A DNA stretch of 64,000 nt from Candidatus Omnitrophota bacterium. Lineage in GTDB: Bacteria; Omnitrophota; Gorgyraeia; Gygaellales; Profunditerraquicolaceae. Within the stretch, counting starts at the first letter, position 1, and each line of letters starts with the position of its first letter. The notes beneath the pieces were generated by a model, which was not told the DNA's origin, did no database searches, and was given only the letters and a program-made list of their open reading frames with translations. The translations under genes and the position numbers were made by a program. Below are positions 56,561 to 64,000 of this stretch, piece by piece. The DNA lies in NCBI GenBank assembly GCA_028716965.1, contig JAQUOV010000009.1, positions 22,043-86,042 of the forward strand. Reading direction: 5' to 3'.

Positions 56561-57154
56561 TTATTTTTCTGCGGCAGGCAGGGGCGCAGTATTCTCTACC
56601 GCCTCTTTTTGCGCCTGTTCCCGGGCTGTTTGATCAGACTGCTTTGGCTCAGGCTTGCCTTGCTCCGGCTGTCCGCTATCCGGCGTTAATTCCTTTTGCT
56701 GGGCCTGTGGTTTCTGCTCTACCTGCGCCTGTATCGGCACCTTGTCAGCGGAAAGAAGGCCTGAAAGGAAATTCTTGCCCCAGCCGATCAGCTTGTTATC
56801 TTCAAAAACAAGCGGGGTCAATTCGTCATCCGTGATTAAACAATTATTGTTTAAGCCGGTAGCGTAATAGATTACTTCCAGCACCCTTCCATAAGGCTCA
56901 ATTATCTCCGTGCTATAGGGGTTATTTATCGTAACCCGCACAGGCTTCCTTGAAGATACCTGGTCGCAAGTATAAACACTGACCCCCGAACGCATAAGGG
57001 CCAATGCCTTCGCTTTGCTCATCCCTCTTGAAAGATGCGCCAGGCTCATCCTGTTATTGGCAGTAAACCTGGAAGCCGTCATCGTCGCGCACCCGCTCAA
57101 CAATGCTACCATAAGCAGCAAAAACCCTGACCTTCTCATTGCCTCTCCTTTCAT
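56561..57154 (-). CDS. Lipoprotein (LSGC lipobox) with a low-complexity Q/P/E-rich C-terminus
   Basis: MRRSGFLLLMVALLSGC lipobox, then a disordered tail. Confidence 0.5.
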   Translation of the reverse strand: MKGEAMRRSGFLLLMVALLSGCATMTASRFTANNRMSLAHLSRGMSKAKALALMRSGVSVYTCDQVSSRKPVRVTINNPYSTEIIEPYGRVLEVIYYATGLNNNCLITDDELTPLVFEDNKLIGWGKNFLSGLLSADKVPIQAQVEQKPQAQQKELTPDSGQPEQGKPEPKQSDQTAREQAQKEAVENTAPLPAAEK

Positions 57155-57211
57155 AGGTACTTCCCCTGTATCTGTAAACCCATTTGAAAATTATGATAAA
57201 GCCGGATTATT

Positions 57212-57859
57212 TTACGGCTGATCGGTCTCCTTCTTGGGCTGATTTGCTAACAGCGATAGGTTTTCGGCTATCTGGCTGCTCAAGGAAGCAACCGCTTTGC
57301 TTAACGCATCCGCTAAACCGGAATAATTATGCGGCTCAACCGGCTGGATCAAGTCCGACCTTTTTGTAAAAAGCATACTCCTGGACTCTGTATCGATGAT
57401 CGACCATTGCGCCACAAGCAAAAGGTCCTTCTTCAGGTTGCTTTCTAATTGCAAGATACTGACGATCACCTGATAATCAAGCGGGATAGCAAAATTACAA
57501 GGGAACATCTCAAATGTCCCTTCCGGCAGCATCAGATTAAGGTCTTCAATAATCAAGCGCGCTATCCCCGCATCAAGAGGCTCACCCCAACGGTCGAACT
57601 GTGCGATATCCAGCATCCCCTTGTCATCTTGAGTAACGATCTGCGGCCGGTCCTGGTATTGGGGGATACTCACCGGGCCGATTATGGTTATCTTGCCGGC
57701 AGGAATGCTGAATTTCTGCGCAGCCTGTATATCTTCCAGATGCTTAAACATGTAAAAACGCGGGTTAGGGCTGTTGCCGGCTGAGATACATCCGCTTAAA
57801 ACGAAAATAAGTAATCCACAGGCGGCTACACCGCGATAAAAAAATATGCATCTTCTCAT
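57212..57859 (-). CDS. ABC-type transport auxiliary lipoprotein (MCE-associated, DUF330-like)
   Basis: LSGC lipobox, about 215 aa, immediately downstream of the MCE-domain gene. Confidence 0.6.
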   Translation of the reverse strand: MRRCIFFYRGVAACGLLIFVLSGCISAGNSPNPRFYMFKHLEDIQAAQKFSIPAGKITIIGPVSIPQYQDRPQIVTQDDKGMLDIAQFDRWGEPLDAGIARLIIEDLNLMLPEGTFEMFPCNFAIPLDYQVIVSILQLESNLKKDLLLVAQWSIIDTESRSMLFTKRSDLIQPVEPHNYSGLADALSKAVASLSSQIAENLSLLANQPKKETDQP

Positions 57860-57861
57860 TT

Positions 57862-58563
57862 TTATTCTCCTTTGGATATTGTTTTCCCTTTTAACAATGC
57901 TTCCGGATGTATCTCAAGGTACTCCATTAACAGCCGGGTTGAACGGGCAGCCTGGGATACCTCCCTCAGGGTTTTCTCCAACTCAATAACCCCTTCTGAA
58001 TTAACCAGCCTGTTAATACCGCTGACCGCCTGCTGCAGCTCATCCGCTATTTTCCTGATAGGGATCTCATTCATTGCCTCAAAAATATCCGGCGATATCG
58101 GCAGCGTGGGTAATTCGGGATAATCTTTAATAATATCGTATGATTTGGCCGGTTTATCCGTATAAAAATCAAACCCGATCATCAACTGCCCGGTAATAAA
58201 GTTCTGTATCTCAAGTTTTGCCCGTAACCCTTCTTCCACTAACTGCTTGTAATCGGGATAACCGAACTTATCGGGCATCCCCTTGACCCGCGATAACTCC
58301 ACATCGATAATTACAGGTATCAGTACGTTCTTGACTTCTTTATTATAGAGCAGCCCGATCTTAGTGACATTTCCGATCTTGACTCCGCGGAAGATCACCG
58401 GCGCCCCTTCAGAAAGGCCTTTTATCGAGCCGTCAAAAAATAAAACGTACTTATCCGATTGTTTAAGGAACATCCCGGACCCAAAAACTATTACCGCTAT
58501 AATCAATAACACAACTGCTCCCACCACAAACGCACCGATCAGTGTTTTATTGGCTTTTCTCAT
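57862..58563 (-). CDS. mlaD: MCE-domain protein (MlaD-like)
   Basis: N-terminal TM anchor plus an MCE domain (…FDGSIKGLSEGAPVIFRGVKIGNV…). Confidence 0.8.
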   Translation of the reverse strand: MRKANKTLIGAFVVGAVVLLIIAVIVFGSGMFLKQSDKYVLFFDGSIKGLSEGAPVIFRGVKIGNVTKIGLLYNKEVKNVLIPVIIDVELSRVKGMPDKFGYPDYKQLVEEGLRAKLEIQNFITGQLMIGFDFYTDKPAKSYDIIKDYPELPTLPISPDIFEAMNEIPIRKIADELQQAVSGINRLVNSEGVIELEKTLREVSQAARSTRLLMEYLEIHPEALLKGKTISKGE

Positions 58564-59321
58564 CGTCCGGCTCCTTGTTTTTCTCCCCGCGTCAGGAAAC
58601 TTATCACGCGCGGGTCTTTAGAATTGGCTAACAAATCTTTGGGTGCTCCCTGTGCGATAACTGTCTTGGTATCGGCATCAAGAAGTATTGCGTTATCACC
58701 CACGGCAAAGATACTGGCAAGTTCATGCGTGACTACCACAATTGTCGCGCCTAAATTATCCCTCAAATCCAGGATCAAATCATCCAGCATCTTGGCGCTT
58801 AAAGGGTCCAGCCCTGCCGAAGGTTCGTCAAAAAAAATGAACTCCGGATCCAAAGCGATTGCCCGCGCCAGGCCTGCCCTTTTCTTCATCCCCCCGCTTA
58901 ATTCCGCGGGGTAAAAATCAGCGTAACCGCCCAACCCTACCAGCCCAAGCTTGAACGCAGCCATATCCTGTATCTGTGAAGCCGATAGATTTGAATACAA
59001 TTGCAACGGGAGCGCGACATTCTCGCGCAAGGTAAGCGAGCTCCAGAGCGCGCCCCCCTGATAAAGCACTCCGAAACGGCACATAATATCCTGCCGGGAC
59101 CGCTCATCTTCATCCCAAAAACTTAAACCGTTATATAAAACCTTCCCTTTATGCGGCGGATTAAGGCCGATCATAGCCTTAAGCAAGGTACTTTTACCGC
59201 ATCCGCTGCCGCCCATAACAATAAAAATCTCGCCTTTTTTTACGCTAAAATTGATTCCATTCATTACGACAAAATCATCATAAGCCAAATCAAGGTCTTT
59301 TACTTCAATCACAGCATCCAC
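58560..59321 (-). CDS. mlaF: ABC transporter ATP-binding protein (MlaF-like)
   Basis: GGSGCGKSTL, LSGGMKKRAGLARA, IFFDEPSAGLDP. Confidence 0.85.
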   Translation of the reverse strand: MDAVIEVKDLDLAYDDFVVMNGINFSVKKGEIFIVMGGSGCGKSTLLKAMIGLNPPHKGKVLYNGLSFWDEDERSRQDIMCRFGVLYQGGALWSSLTLRENVALPLQLYSNLSASQIQDMAAFKLGLVGLGGYADFYPAELSGGMKKRAGLARAIALDPEFIFFDEPSAGLDPLSAKMLDDLILDLRDNLGATIVVVTHELASIFAVGDNAILLDADTKTVIAQGAPKDLLANSKDPRVISFLTRGEKQGAGR

Positions 59322-59324
59322 TGA

Positions 59325-60545
59325 TTAAACTCCTATTATCTGGCAAACAAAAGTAATGATTGCCGTAGCGATCACTATTGAAGTTATTGCCGTAACCACT
59401 GCCGAAGTAGTAGCCTCTCCGACTCCTGCGGAGCTCCTTTCGCACCTCATCCCGCGGTAGCATCCGGAAACCGCAATAATTATTCCGAAAACAAAACCAT
59501 GGATCAAGCCTAACCAAAGATTGCTCACCTTTACCGCCGTCACAGTATGGTTAAAATATTCTATCGGATTAAGCCCCAGGACACCGATACTTATGGCAAA
59601 GCCGCCGATTATGCCCATCAGGTCCGCATAAATAGTCAGAAGCGGCATCATTATTACCAACGCCAATACGCGCGGCAAGACCAGAAACTCTGCCGGAGAA
59701 ACCCCCAGCGTCTTCAACGCGTCAATCTCTTCATTAGACTGCATGATCCCCAGTTCAGCGGCAAAACTGGCGCCGGTACGGCCGGACATTAAAACCCCGG
59801 TCATTACCGCCCCCATTACCCTGACCATGGCAATGCCTACGATGTCCGCGATATAGATCTGTGCCCCGAACATTTTTAACTGGATCGCCCCGATAAAAGC
59901 CAGAATCATCCCCACCAACACGGTAATCAGCGAAACCAGGCCTAAGGCATCCACCCCGCACCTTTGCAGGATAACGAAAAAGTCATCCTTCCGGAAAAAA
60001 GCTCTCCCGCAAACAAAACGTTTAAAAGCAAGTACAATATCTCCCAGGAAATTCAACACGGAAAACGCAGCATCTTTAACCCCGATGACCCTGCTGCCTA
60101 TACTTTCAAGTAAAGGCTCCTCTGATACCTTCCTGGATATTATCTTTTCAGACTGCGCGGGGATTAATGGAAGCAGTTTTTCTACCTTCTCCGGCAGGCC
60201 TTGAGCGTCAAGCAGGATATTCTTTTCTTTGCAAACCCTGCTTAATTTAAACAGGAAGGAGATAAACGCGCTGTCCCATTTAAAATCCCGGGATACAACA
60301 AAACTAAGCTCTGCAATATCTTTATGGGAATCAAGTTGAGTAAGGACTTCGCTTACCAAAGGAAGCCCTGCCGAAAGTTGCCAATCCCCGCTTATCTTAA
60401 GCTGAAGGGCCTTTGGCTTTGAATAATCAAAGATAAGTTTTTCTGAAGGCGTTTTATCCATCAAAGTTATTTTACTCCTAAATGCCTTATAAATAAAGGT
60501 AAAATTATTTTGTAAATAAAAAAGGCTACGGATATACCTATCCAT
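59325..60545 (-). CDS. mlaE: MlaE-family ABC permease with N-terminal STAS (MlaB-like) domain
   Basis: C-terminal MlaE/YrbE permease with 5-6 TM helices. The N-terminal 130 aa or so resemble a STAS / anti-sigma-antagonist fold. A terminator-like hairpin overlaps the annotated ATG, so an internal Met at about 60459-60461 may be the true start. Confidence 0.7.
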   Translation of the reverse strand: MDRYIRSLFYLQNNFTFIYKAFRSKITLMDKTPSEKLIFDYSKPKALQLKISGDWQLSAGLPLVSEVLTQLDSHKDIAELSFVVSRDFKWDSAFISFLFKLSRVCKEKNILLDAQGLPEKVEKLLPLIPAQSEKIISRKVSEEPLLESIGSRVIGVKDAAFSVLNFLGDIVLAFKRFVCGRAFFRKDDFFVILQRCGVDALGLVSLITVLVGMILAFIGAIQLKMFGAQIYIADIVGIAMVRVMGAVMTGVLMSGRTGASFAAELGIMQSNEEIDALKTLGVSPAEFLVLPRVLALVIMMPLLTIYADLMGIIGGFAISIGVLGLNPIEYFNHTVTAVKVSNLWLGLIHGFVFGIIIAVSGCYRGMRCERSSAGVGEATTSAVVTAITSIVIATAIITFVCQIIGV

Positions 60546-60552
60546 AGCCTTT
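60519..60552 (-). terminator. Hairpin (AGGCUAUGGAUA…UAUCCGUAGCCU) plus U6 downstream of the CpxP-like gene, overlapping the annotated mlaE start
   Basis: Imperfect 12-bp inverted repeat followed by UUUUUUAUUUAC on the minus strand. Confidence 0.45.
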
Positions 60553-60604
60553 AAGCTCCTAAATTATTTAAACGGTTACCTTTTAAAATTACCCTTGATG
60601 CTTA

Positions 60605-61126
60605 TTATCCCTGGCACTGCCGCTTCGCATGCAATCTTTTGCCTGATTGCAGCCTGTATTTGCCCATTGGCCCGCACTTTTTCTCCGGATTCACAAATCC
60701 GCATCCTTCCTTGGCATCCTTTAGCAACGCTTTAAACTTCTCCTGCTGTTCAGGGTTAAGGATACTCATAATCTGCTTATCACCTTTCTCCTTAATCTCG
60801 GTAATGGTGCTACGCAGGTTCTTTCCTACCTCGGTAATCTCCTGGCGCGACTTCTCTAAGATCTGTATAACCTTTGCTTTCTGCTCTGCGTTGAGGCCCA
60901 ATTTAATTGCCAGGGTCTCTACCGGGCCGCAAGCTCCCTTTCTTTCTCCATACCCTTTCTGCCCATACCCCATACCCATATAACGTTCAGCCCTTTCCCT
61001 GAAATTCTGCCTCCCCTGACCATGCCACGGCAGATTTTGCCTTTTAGTTATACCGGCCCCCACCAATACACCTGCCAAAACACACAACGCCGCAAATACT
61101 GCCAGATACACCGCGTTCTTATTCAT
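60605..61126 (-). CDS. Periplasmic CpxP/Spy-family (LTXXQ-type) stress protein
   Basis: Signal peptide, helical protein with LNAEQKAKV and LNPEQQEKF repeats, and a Cys-containing C-terminus. Confidence 0.55.
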   Translation of the reverse strand: MNKNAVYLAVFAALCVLAGVLVGAGITKRQNLPWHGQGRQNFRERAERYMGMGYGQKGYGERKGACGPVETLAIKLGLNAEQKAKVIQILEKSRQEITEVGKNLRSTITEIKEKGDKQIMSILNPEQQEKFKALLKDAKEGCGFVNPEKKCGPMGKYRLQSGKRLHAKRQCQG

Positions 61127-61141
61127 AATCCACCTTCCTTT

Positions 61142-61585
61142 CTAACTTTGTTCCCCCAATATCAATGCTAAAGCTGTTTCCGTGGTCGTTTGCGTACCGC
61201 TTAATAAATGCTCCTCAAGCGAATACTTGCTTACCGGCTGGTTGGAGGTTATAAGCAGGAAGGCAATGGATAACGCAATTGCAGCTACAGGAACAGGGAT
61301 AAGCCTGTGTGCCAGGTTACCCATGCCGGTCAGCCAGGAAAAACTTCCTTGAGTATGCTTTTCTCCGGCAATCTCTTCCCGCAAGCGGCAAACCAGGTAA
61401 TCCTGCGGCAAAGACTTCCGCTGCTTTCTTATAATAATCCCCTTGACCTGAGAAAGTGCCGATAACTCTTGCTTGCAGAGAAGGCAATTATCCAGATGTG
61501 ACTCAACCAGCTCCGTATCGGCCTTATCAGCCTCTTTATCAAGATAGCGTGACAATAATCTTTTTACCTTCGCGCATTTTATCAT
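61142..61585 (-). CDS. Zinc-finger (HX3CX2C) anti-sigma factor with a C-terminal TM segment
   Basis: HLDNCLLC motif, followed by a TM helix. Its start overlaps the stop of the ECF sigma gene. Confidence 0.55.
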   Translation of the reverse strand: MIKCAKVKRLLSRYLDKEADKADTELVESHLDNCLLCKQELSALSQVKGIIIRKQRKSLPQDYLVCRLREEIAGEKHTQGSFSWLTGMGNLAHRLIPVPVAAIALSIAFLLITSNQPVSKYSLEEHLLSGTQTTTETALALILGEQS

Positions 61586-62175
61586 ATAGCTCCACCTTCA
61601 GACTTCAGCAGCTGTGTTTTAAGAAGCTGCCGCGCACGGTAAATCTTTGATTCCACCGTACCGATACTGCAACGCAAGACTTTGGATATGTCAATATAGC
61701 TTAACCCTTCAATATCCTTAAGTACCACGGCGGCCCTGAACTTAAGCGGAATACTTCCTAAGGCTTTCCGGATTATCTCCGCTTTTTCTTTTGTCAGCAC
61801 CGCCTCCCGGGGACCTTCTAATAAAGCAACGCTATTCTTAATGGCACCTTCATCGCTGGTATAATTCCTTCTTTTGCGCAGGAAATCATAAGTCGTATTC
61901 ATCACAATACGATAAAGCCAGGTGGAGAATTGGCTGCGCTGCCTGAACGAGCTTAAATGATGGTAAACCTTCAAAAATACCTCCTGCGCAATATCTTCGC
62001 TTTCCCTGTCTCTTCCGATCAGTGAATAAACAATATTCAGGACCCTATCCTGGTACTTTCTCACCAAAGCCTCAAACCCCTCTTCCTCACCGGCAAGAAA
62101 CCGCTCTATGCAGAGAATATCTTCATTCATTTGTTTTCCATAGATTAGACGTAATAACCCGGAATTTATTCCCAA
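61582..62175 (-). CDS. ECF (RpoE-like) sigma-70 family factor
   Basis: Region 2 (…IAQEVFLKVYHHL…STWLYRIVMNT) and region 4 (…SYIDISKVLRCSIGTVESKIYRARQLL). Confidence 0.8.
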   Translation of the reverse strand: MGINSGLLRLIYGKQMNEDILCIERFLAGEEEGFEALVRKYQDRVLNIVYSLIGRDRESEDIAQEVFLKVYHHLSSFRQRSQFSTWLYRIVMNTTYDFLRKRRNYTSDEGAIKNSVALLEGPREAVLTKEKAEIIRKALGSIPLKFRAAVVLKDIEGLSYIDISKVLRCSIGTVESKIYRARQLLKTQLLKSEGGAI

Positions 62176-62242
62176 GAACTTGAAGGCTTGTTAGATTTGC
62201 ACAAGATATTAAAGGCTATCAAGATGCGGCCGTTAACGATAG

Positions 62243-63295
62243 CTAAAGATTAGGAATATGGCAAGTGGGGCGCAGGCCGTGTTTCTTAAAATAATCCTGA
62301 TGATATTCTTCAGCAGGATAGAATTCCCCTGCCCGGGCTATCTCAGTGACAATTTTACTCTTGAATCTCTTTGACCTCTCTAATTTTTCCTTTGATGCCA
62401 AAGCCAGTTTCTCCTGTTCGGGACTATGGAAGAATATGGCTGAGCGGTATTGCGAGCCTGCATCAGGCCCCTGCCTATCAGGTGTGGTAGGGTCATGTAT
62501 GCTCCAGAAAATATCAAGCAGTTGAGAATATGATATCTTCGCCGGATCATACGTAATTTCAACTGATTCGGCATGCCCAGTTTTGCCGGAACAGACATCT
62601 TCATAGGTAGGATTCTTGAAATTACCACCAGTGTATCCAGCGCAAGTAGAAATAACTCCTTTGCCGATAAACTCACGGAAAGCTGCCTCTACGCCCCAAA
62701 AACACCCTGCGGCAAAAGTGGCCTTCTCCATGGCAATTTCTTCCAAAGGAGCAAGCTTAAGAGCTACGGTGTTTATACAATAACGTTTTCCGGTTGGTGC
62801 AGGGCCATCATCAAAAACATGGCCCAAATGCGCATCACATCGGGCGCAAAGAACCTCGCTGCGCTGCATGCCAAAACTCCTGTCCGTTTGAATACGGATA
62901 TTCAACTCTGAAACCGGCTCCCAGAAACTTGGCCAACCCGTACCCGATTCAAACTTAGTATTATACCTGAAGAGGTCTGTACCGCATCCGACACACTGGT
63001 ATATGCCGCTTTTGCCTTTAGGCGGAATAGGACAGGTTTCTTTAAAAGGCACTTCAGTACCCTTGGAACGCATGACGCGGTACTGCCCGGGGGTAAGGAT
63101 TTCCTTCCATTGCGCATCGCTCTTAACAACCTTCTCTACCTCTTCAACTTTCCCTGTTGAGGCATTAAAGATTTTTATCTTCTCCGGCTTAGGCGCATCC
63201 TGCATACCCACCCCCATCAATAACGGAAGCACTAATAATACAGCTAACACCCTCAGATAACGCATATACTTTATTTTAGAATAATTATCCCGCAA
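62243..63295 (-). CDS. msrAB: Secreted bifunctional methionine sulfoxide reductase MsrB-MsrA
   Basis: N-terminal signal peptide. MsrB motifs (CVGCGTDLF…GWPSF…[16 protein letters not shown]) followed by MsrA ([10 protein letters not shown]). Confidence 0.85.
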   Translation of the reverse strand: MRDNYSKIKYMRYLRVLAVLLVLPLLMGVGMQDAPKPEKIKIFNASTGKVEEVEKVVKSDAQWKEILTPGQYRVMRSKGTEVPFKETCPIPPKGKSGIYQCVGCGTDLFRYNTKFESGTGWPSFWEPVSELNIRIQTDRSFGMQRSEVLCARCDAHLGHVFDDGPAPTGKRYCINTVALKLAPLEEIAMEKATFAAGCFWGVEAAFREFIGKGVISTCAGYTGGNFKNPTYEDVCSGKTGHAESVEITYDPAKISYSQLLDIFWSIHDPTTPDRQGPDAGSQYRSAIFFHSPEQEKLALASKEKLERSKRFKSKIVTEIARAGEFYPAEEYHQDYFKKHGLRPTCHIPNL

Positions 63296-63363
63296 TTACC
63301 ATTAAAAACTTTCCTGGCAGCAGAAACTTTATTATCACTCCTTTCCCGGCCCAAAATAGTAAC

Positions 63364-63396
63364 AATAAATAAAAGGCCGGACGGTTAAGTCCAGCC
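63364..63396 (-). terminator. Intrinsic terminator downstream of the 63426-63842 gene (GGCUGGAC-UUAACC-GUCCGGCC plus U-rich tail)
   Basis: 8-bp stem with one G-U pair, then UUUUAUUUAUU. Confidence 0.45.
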
Positions 63397-63425
63397 CCAT
63401 ACTACTCGTGATTACCGGGTTATTT

Positions 63426-63842
63426 TCATTCAGTTTGAACGGGATATTCTTTTATAATACTATCGATGATATTGCTATCTGGCTGATATGAAAATACAGC
63501 GATCAGCTTATCTTTACACGCTTTTCTATACTTATCTGCAACACTACCAAGGTCTATTTCATTGATTTTTTTATACAAAGCCTCAGTGTCCTTATTGGCA
63601 TAAACAATCCCTTCAACTGTTAAGCCTTCGAATTTTGCCTTTCCCGACATATCGGTAGAAAGTTGCCATACTTTACCGGTTTTTGTATCTAACAAAGCTA
63701 TAAAAGATTGCTGCCCTGGAGAGGAATAAATCTGGTACCTGCCTATTTCCTGCTCAGGAGCGTTATCCTTTCCGAAACAGGCGGCCTTAAAGCTCAAACA
63801 AATGATAAAAGCGCTCAAGGCTATAAAATAAATTTTCCGCAT
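63426..63842 (-). CDS. Secreted hypothetical protein
   Basis: 138 aa with a signal peptide (MRKIYFIALSAFIICLSFKAAC), preceded by a GGGAGG RBS. Confidence 0.4.
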   Translation of the reverse strand: MRKIYFIALSAFIICLSFKAACFGKDNAPEQEIGRYQIYSSPGQQSFIALLDTKTGKVWQLSTDMSGKAKFEGLTVEGIVYANKDTEALYKKINEIDLGSVADKYRKACKDKLIAVFSYQPDSNIIDSIIKEYPVQTE

Positions 63843-63860
63843 CTTGGGCCTCCCTTTACC

Positions 63861-64000
63861 TTATTGGCGCAGGCTGTTCACCTCTCTATCAAATAATTCC
63901 GTTATTTTTTGTTTTAAAATACTCCATTCCTGCTCGCTTAAAGTTTCACGGGCCAATTTCTTGTTTTCGAAAACTTCCGTATCGCCGTTGGCATAGCGTA
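63861..64000 (-). CDS. Partial CDS (3' end; N-terminus beyond the window end), hypothetical
   Basis: An open frame …RYANGDTEVFENKKLARETLSEQEWSILKQKITELFDREVNSLRQ ends at TAA 63861-63863, 16 nt upstream of the RBS of the next gene. Confidence 0.3.
   Translation of the reverse strand, partial: RYANGDTEVFENKKLARETLSEQEWSILKQKITELFDREVNSLRQ

Overview
This 64 kb window comes from a diderm (Gram-negative-type) bacterium, probably an anaerobe, given two DUF134 (UPF0251-family) regulators, TreT, and dense signalling content. Every credible gene (about 70) lies on the minus strand. All plus-strand ORFs in the six-frame track are antisense shadows of minus-strand genes. Reading the minus strand 5' to 3', from high to low coordinates, the gene blocks are:

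1. A periplasmic MsrB-MsrA gene and small secreted proteins.
2. An ECF sigma factor, anti-sigma factor and CpxP/Spy-like envelope-stress module, followed by an Mla/MCE lipid-transport operon in which MlaE carries an N-terminal STAS domain.
3. A GT4 glycosyltransferase, then hflK-hflC.
4. DUF134 regulator #2 ahead of an MMPL-type RND exporter, a LolA-like protein and an outer-membrane protein.
5. A methyltransferase, then an outer-membrane protein with amtB and glnK.
6. A compact Pho regulon: phoB-like regulator, phoR-like kinase, a second phoB-like regulator, an orphan receiver, a porin, pstSCAB, phoU and an ArsC-like gene.
7. A MATE transporter, CopA and pyruvate kinase.
8. A c-di-AMP module: a CdaA-YbbR fusion plus a DHH/DHHA1 phosphoesterase.
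9. An osmolyte/trehalose island: an RCK_C membrane protein, an amino-acid permease, an MscS channel, a sensor-HAMP-OtsA fusion, a second MscS, otsB, an internal-repeat protein, treT, a histidine kinase and two receiver proteins.
10. A YbhGFSR-like ABC-2 efflux system with a TolC-like outer-membrane protein.
11. DUF134 regulator #1 ahead of an ArsP/DUF318 permease.
12. A multi-PAS sensor and a 7TM-Cache-like sensor that runs off the window start.

I found no rRNA, tRNA, CRISPR arrays or mobile elements. The main features are:
- the sensor-fused OtsA at the head of an 8-gene trehalose and signalling operon;
- two paralogous DUF134 regulators, each with a sigma70 promoter and a CATATG-centred palindromic operator, each heading a transporter module;
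- leader structures with intrinsic terminators directly abutting the PAS sensor gene and hflK, the latter with an aromatic-rich 14-codon upstream ORF;
- Bacillus-type Pho-box direct repeats (TTCACA-N5-TTCACA);
- two conserved-domain genes interrupted by in-frame TAG codons although TAG is also a genuine stop codon here;
- an in-frame winged-helix-TolC fusion.

Some ORF-track boundaries (for example 5405 and 60545) are 1 nt off my manual reading of the printed sequence, so coordinates I placed by hand are accurate to about ±2 nt.
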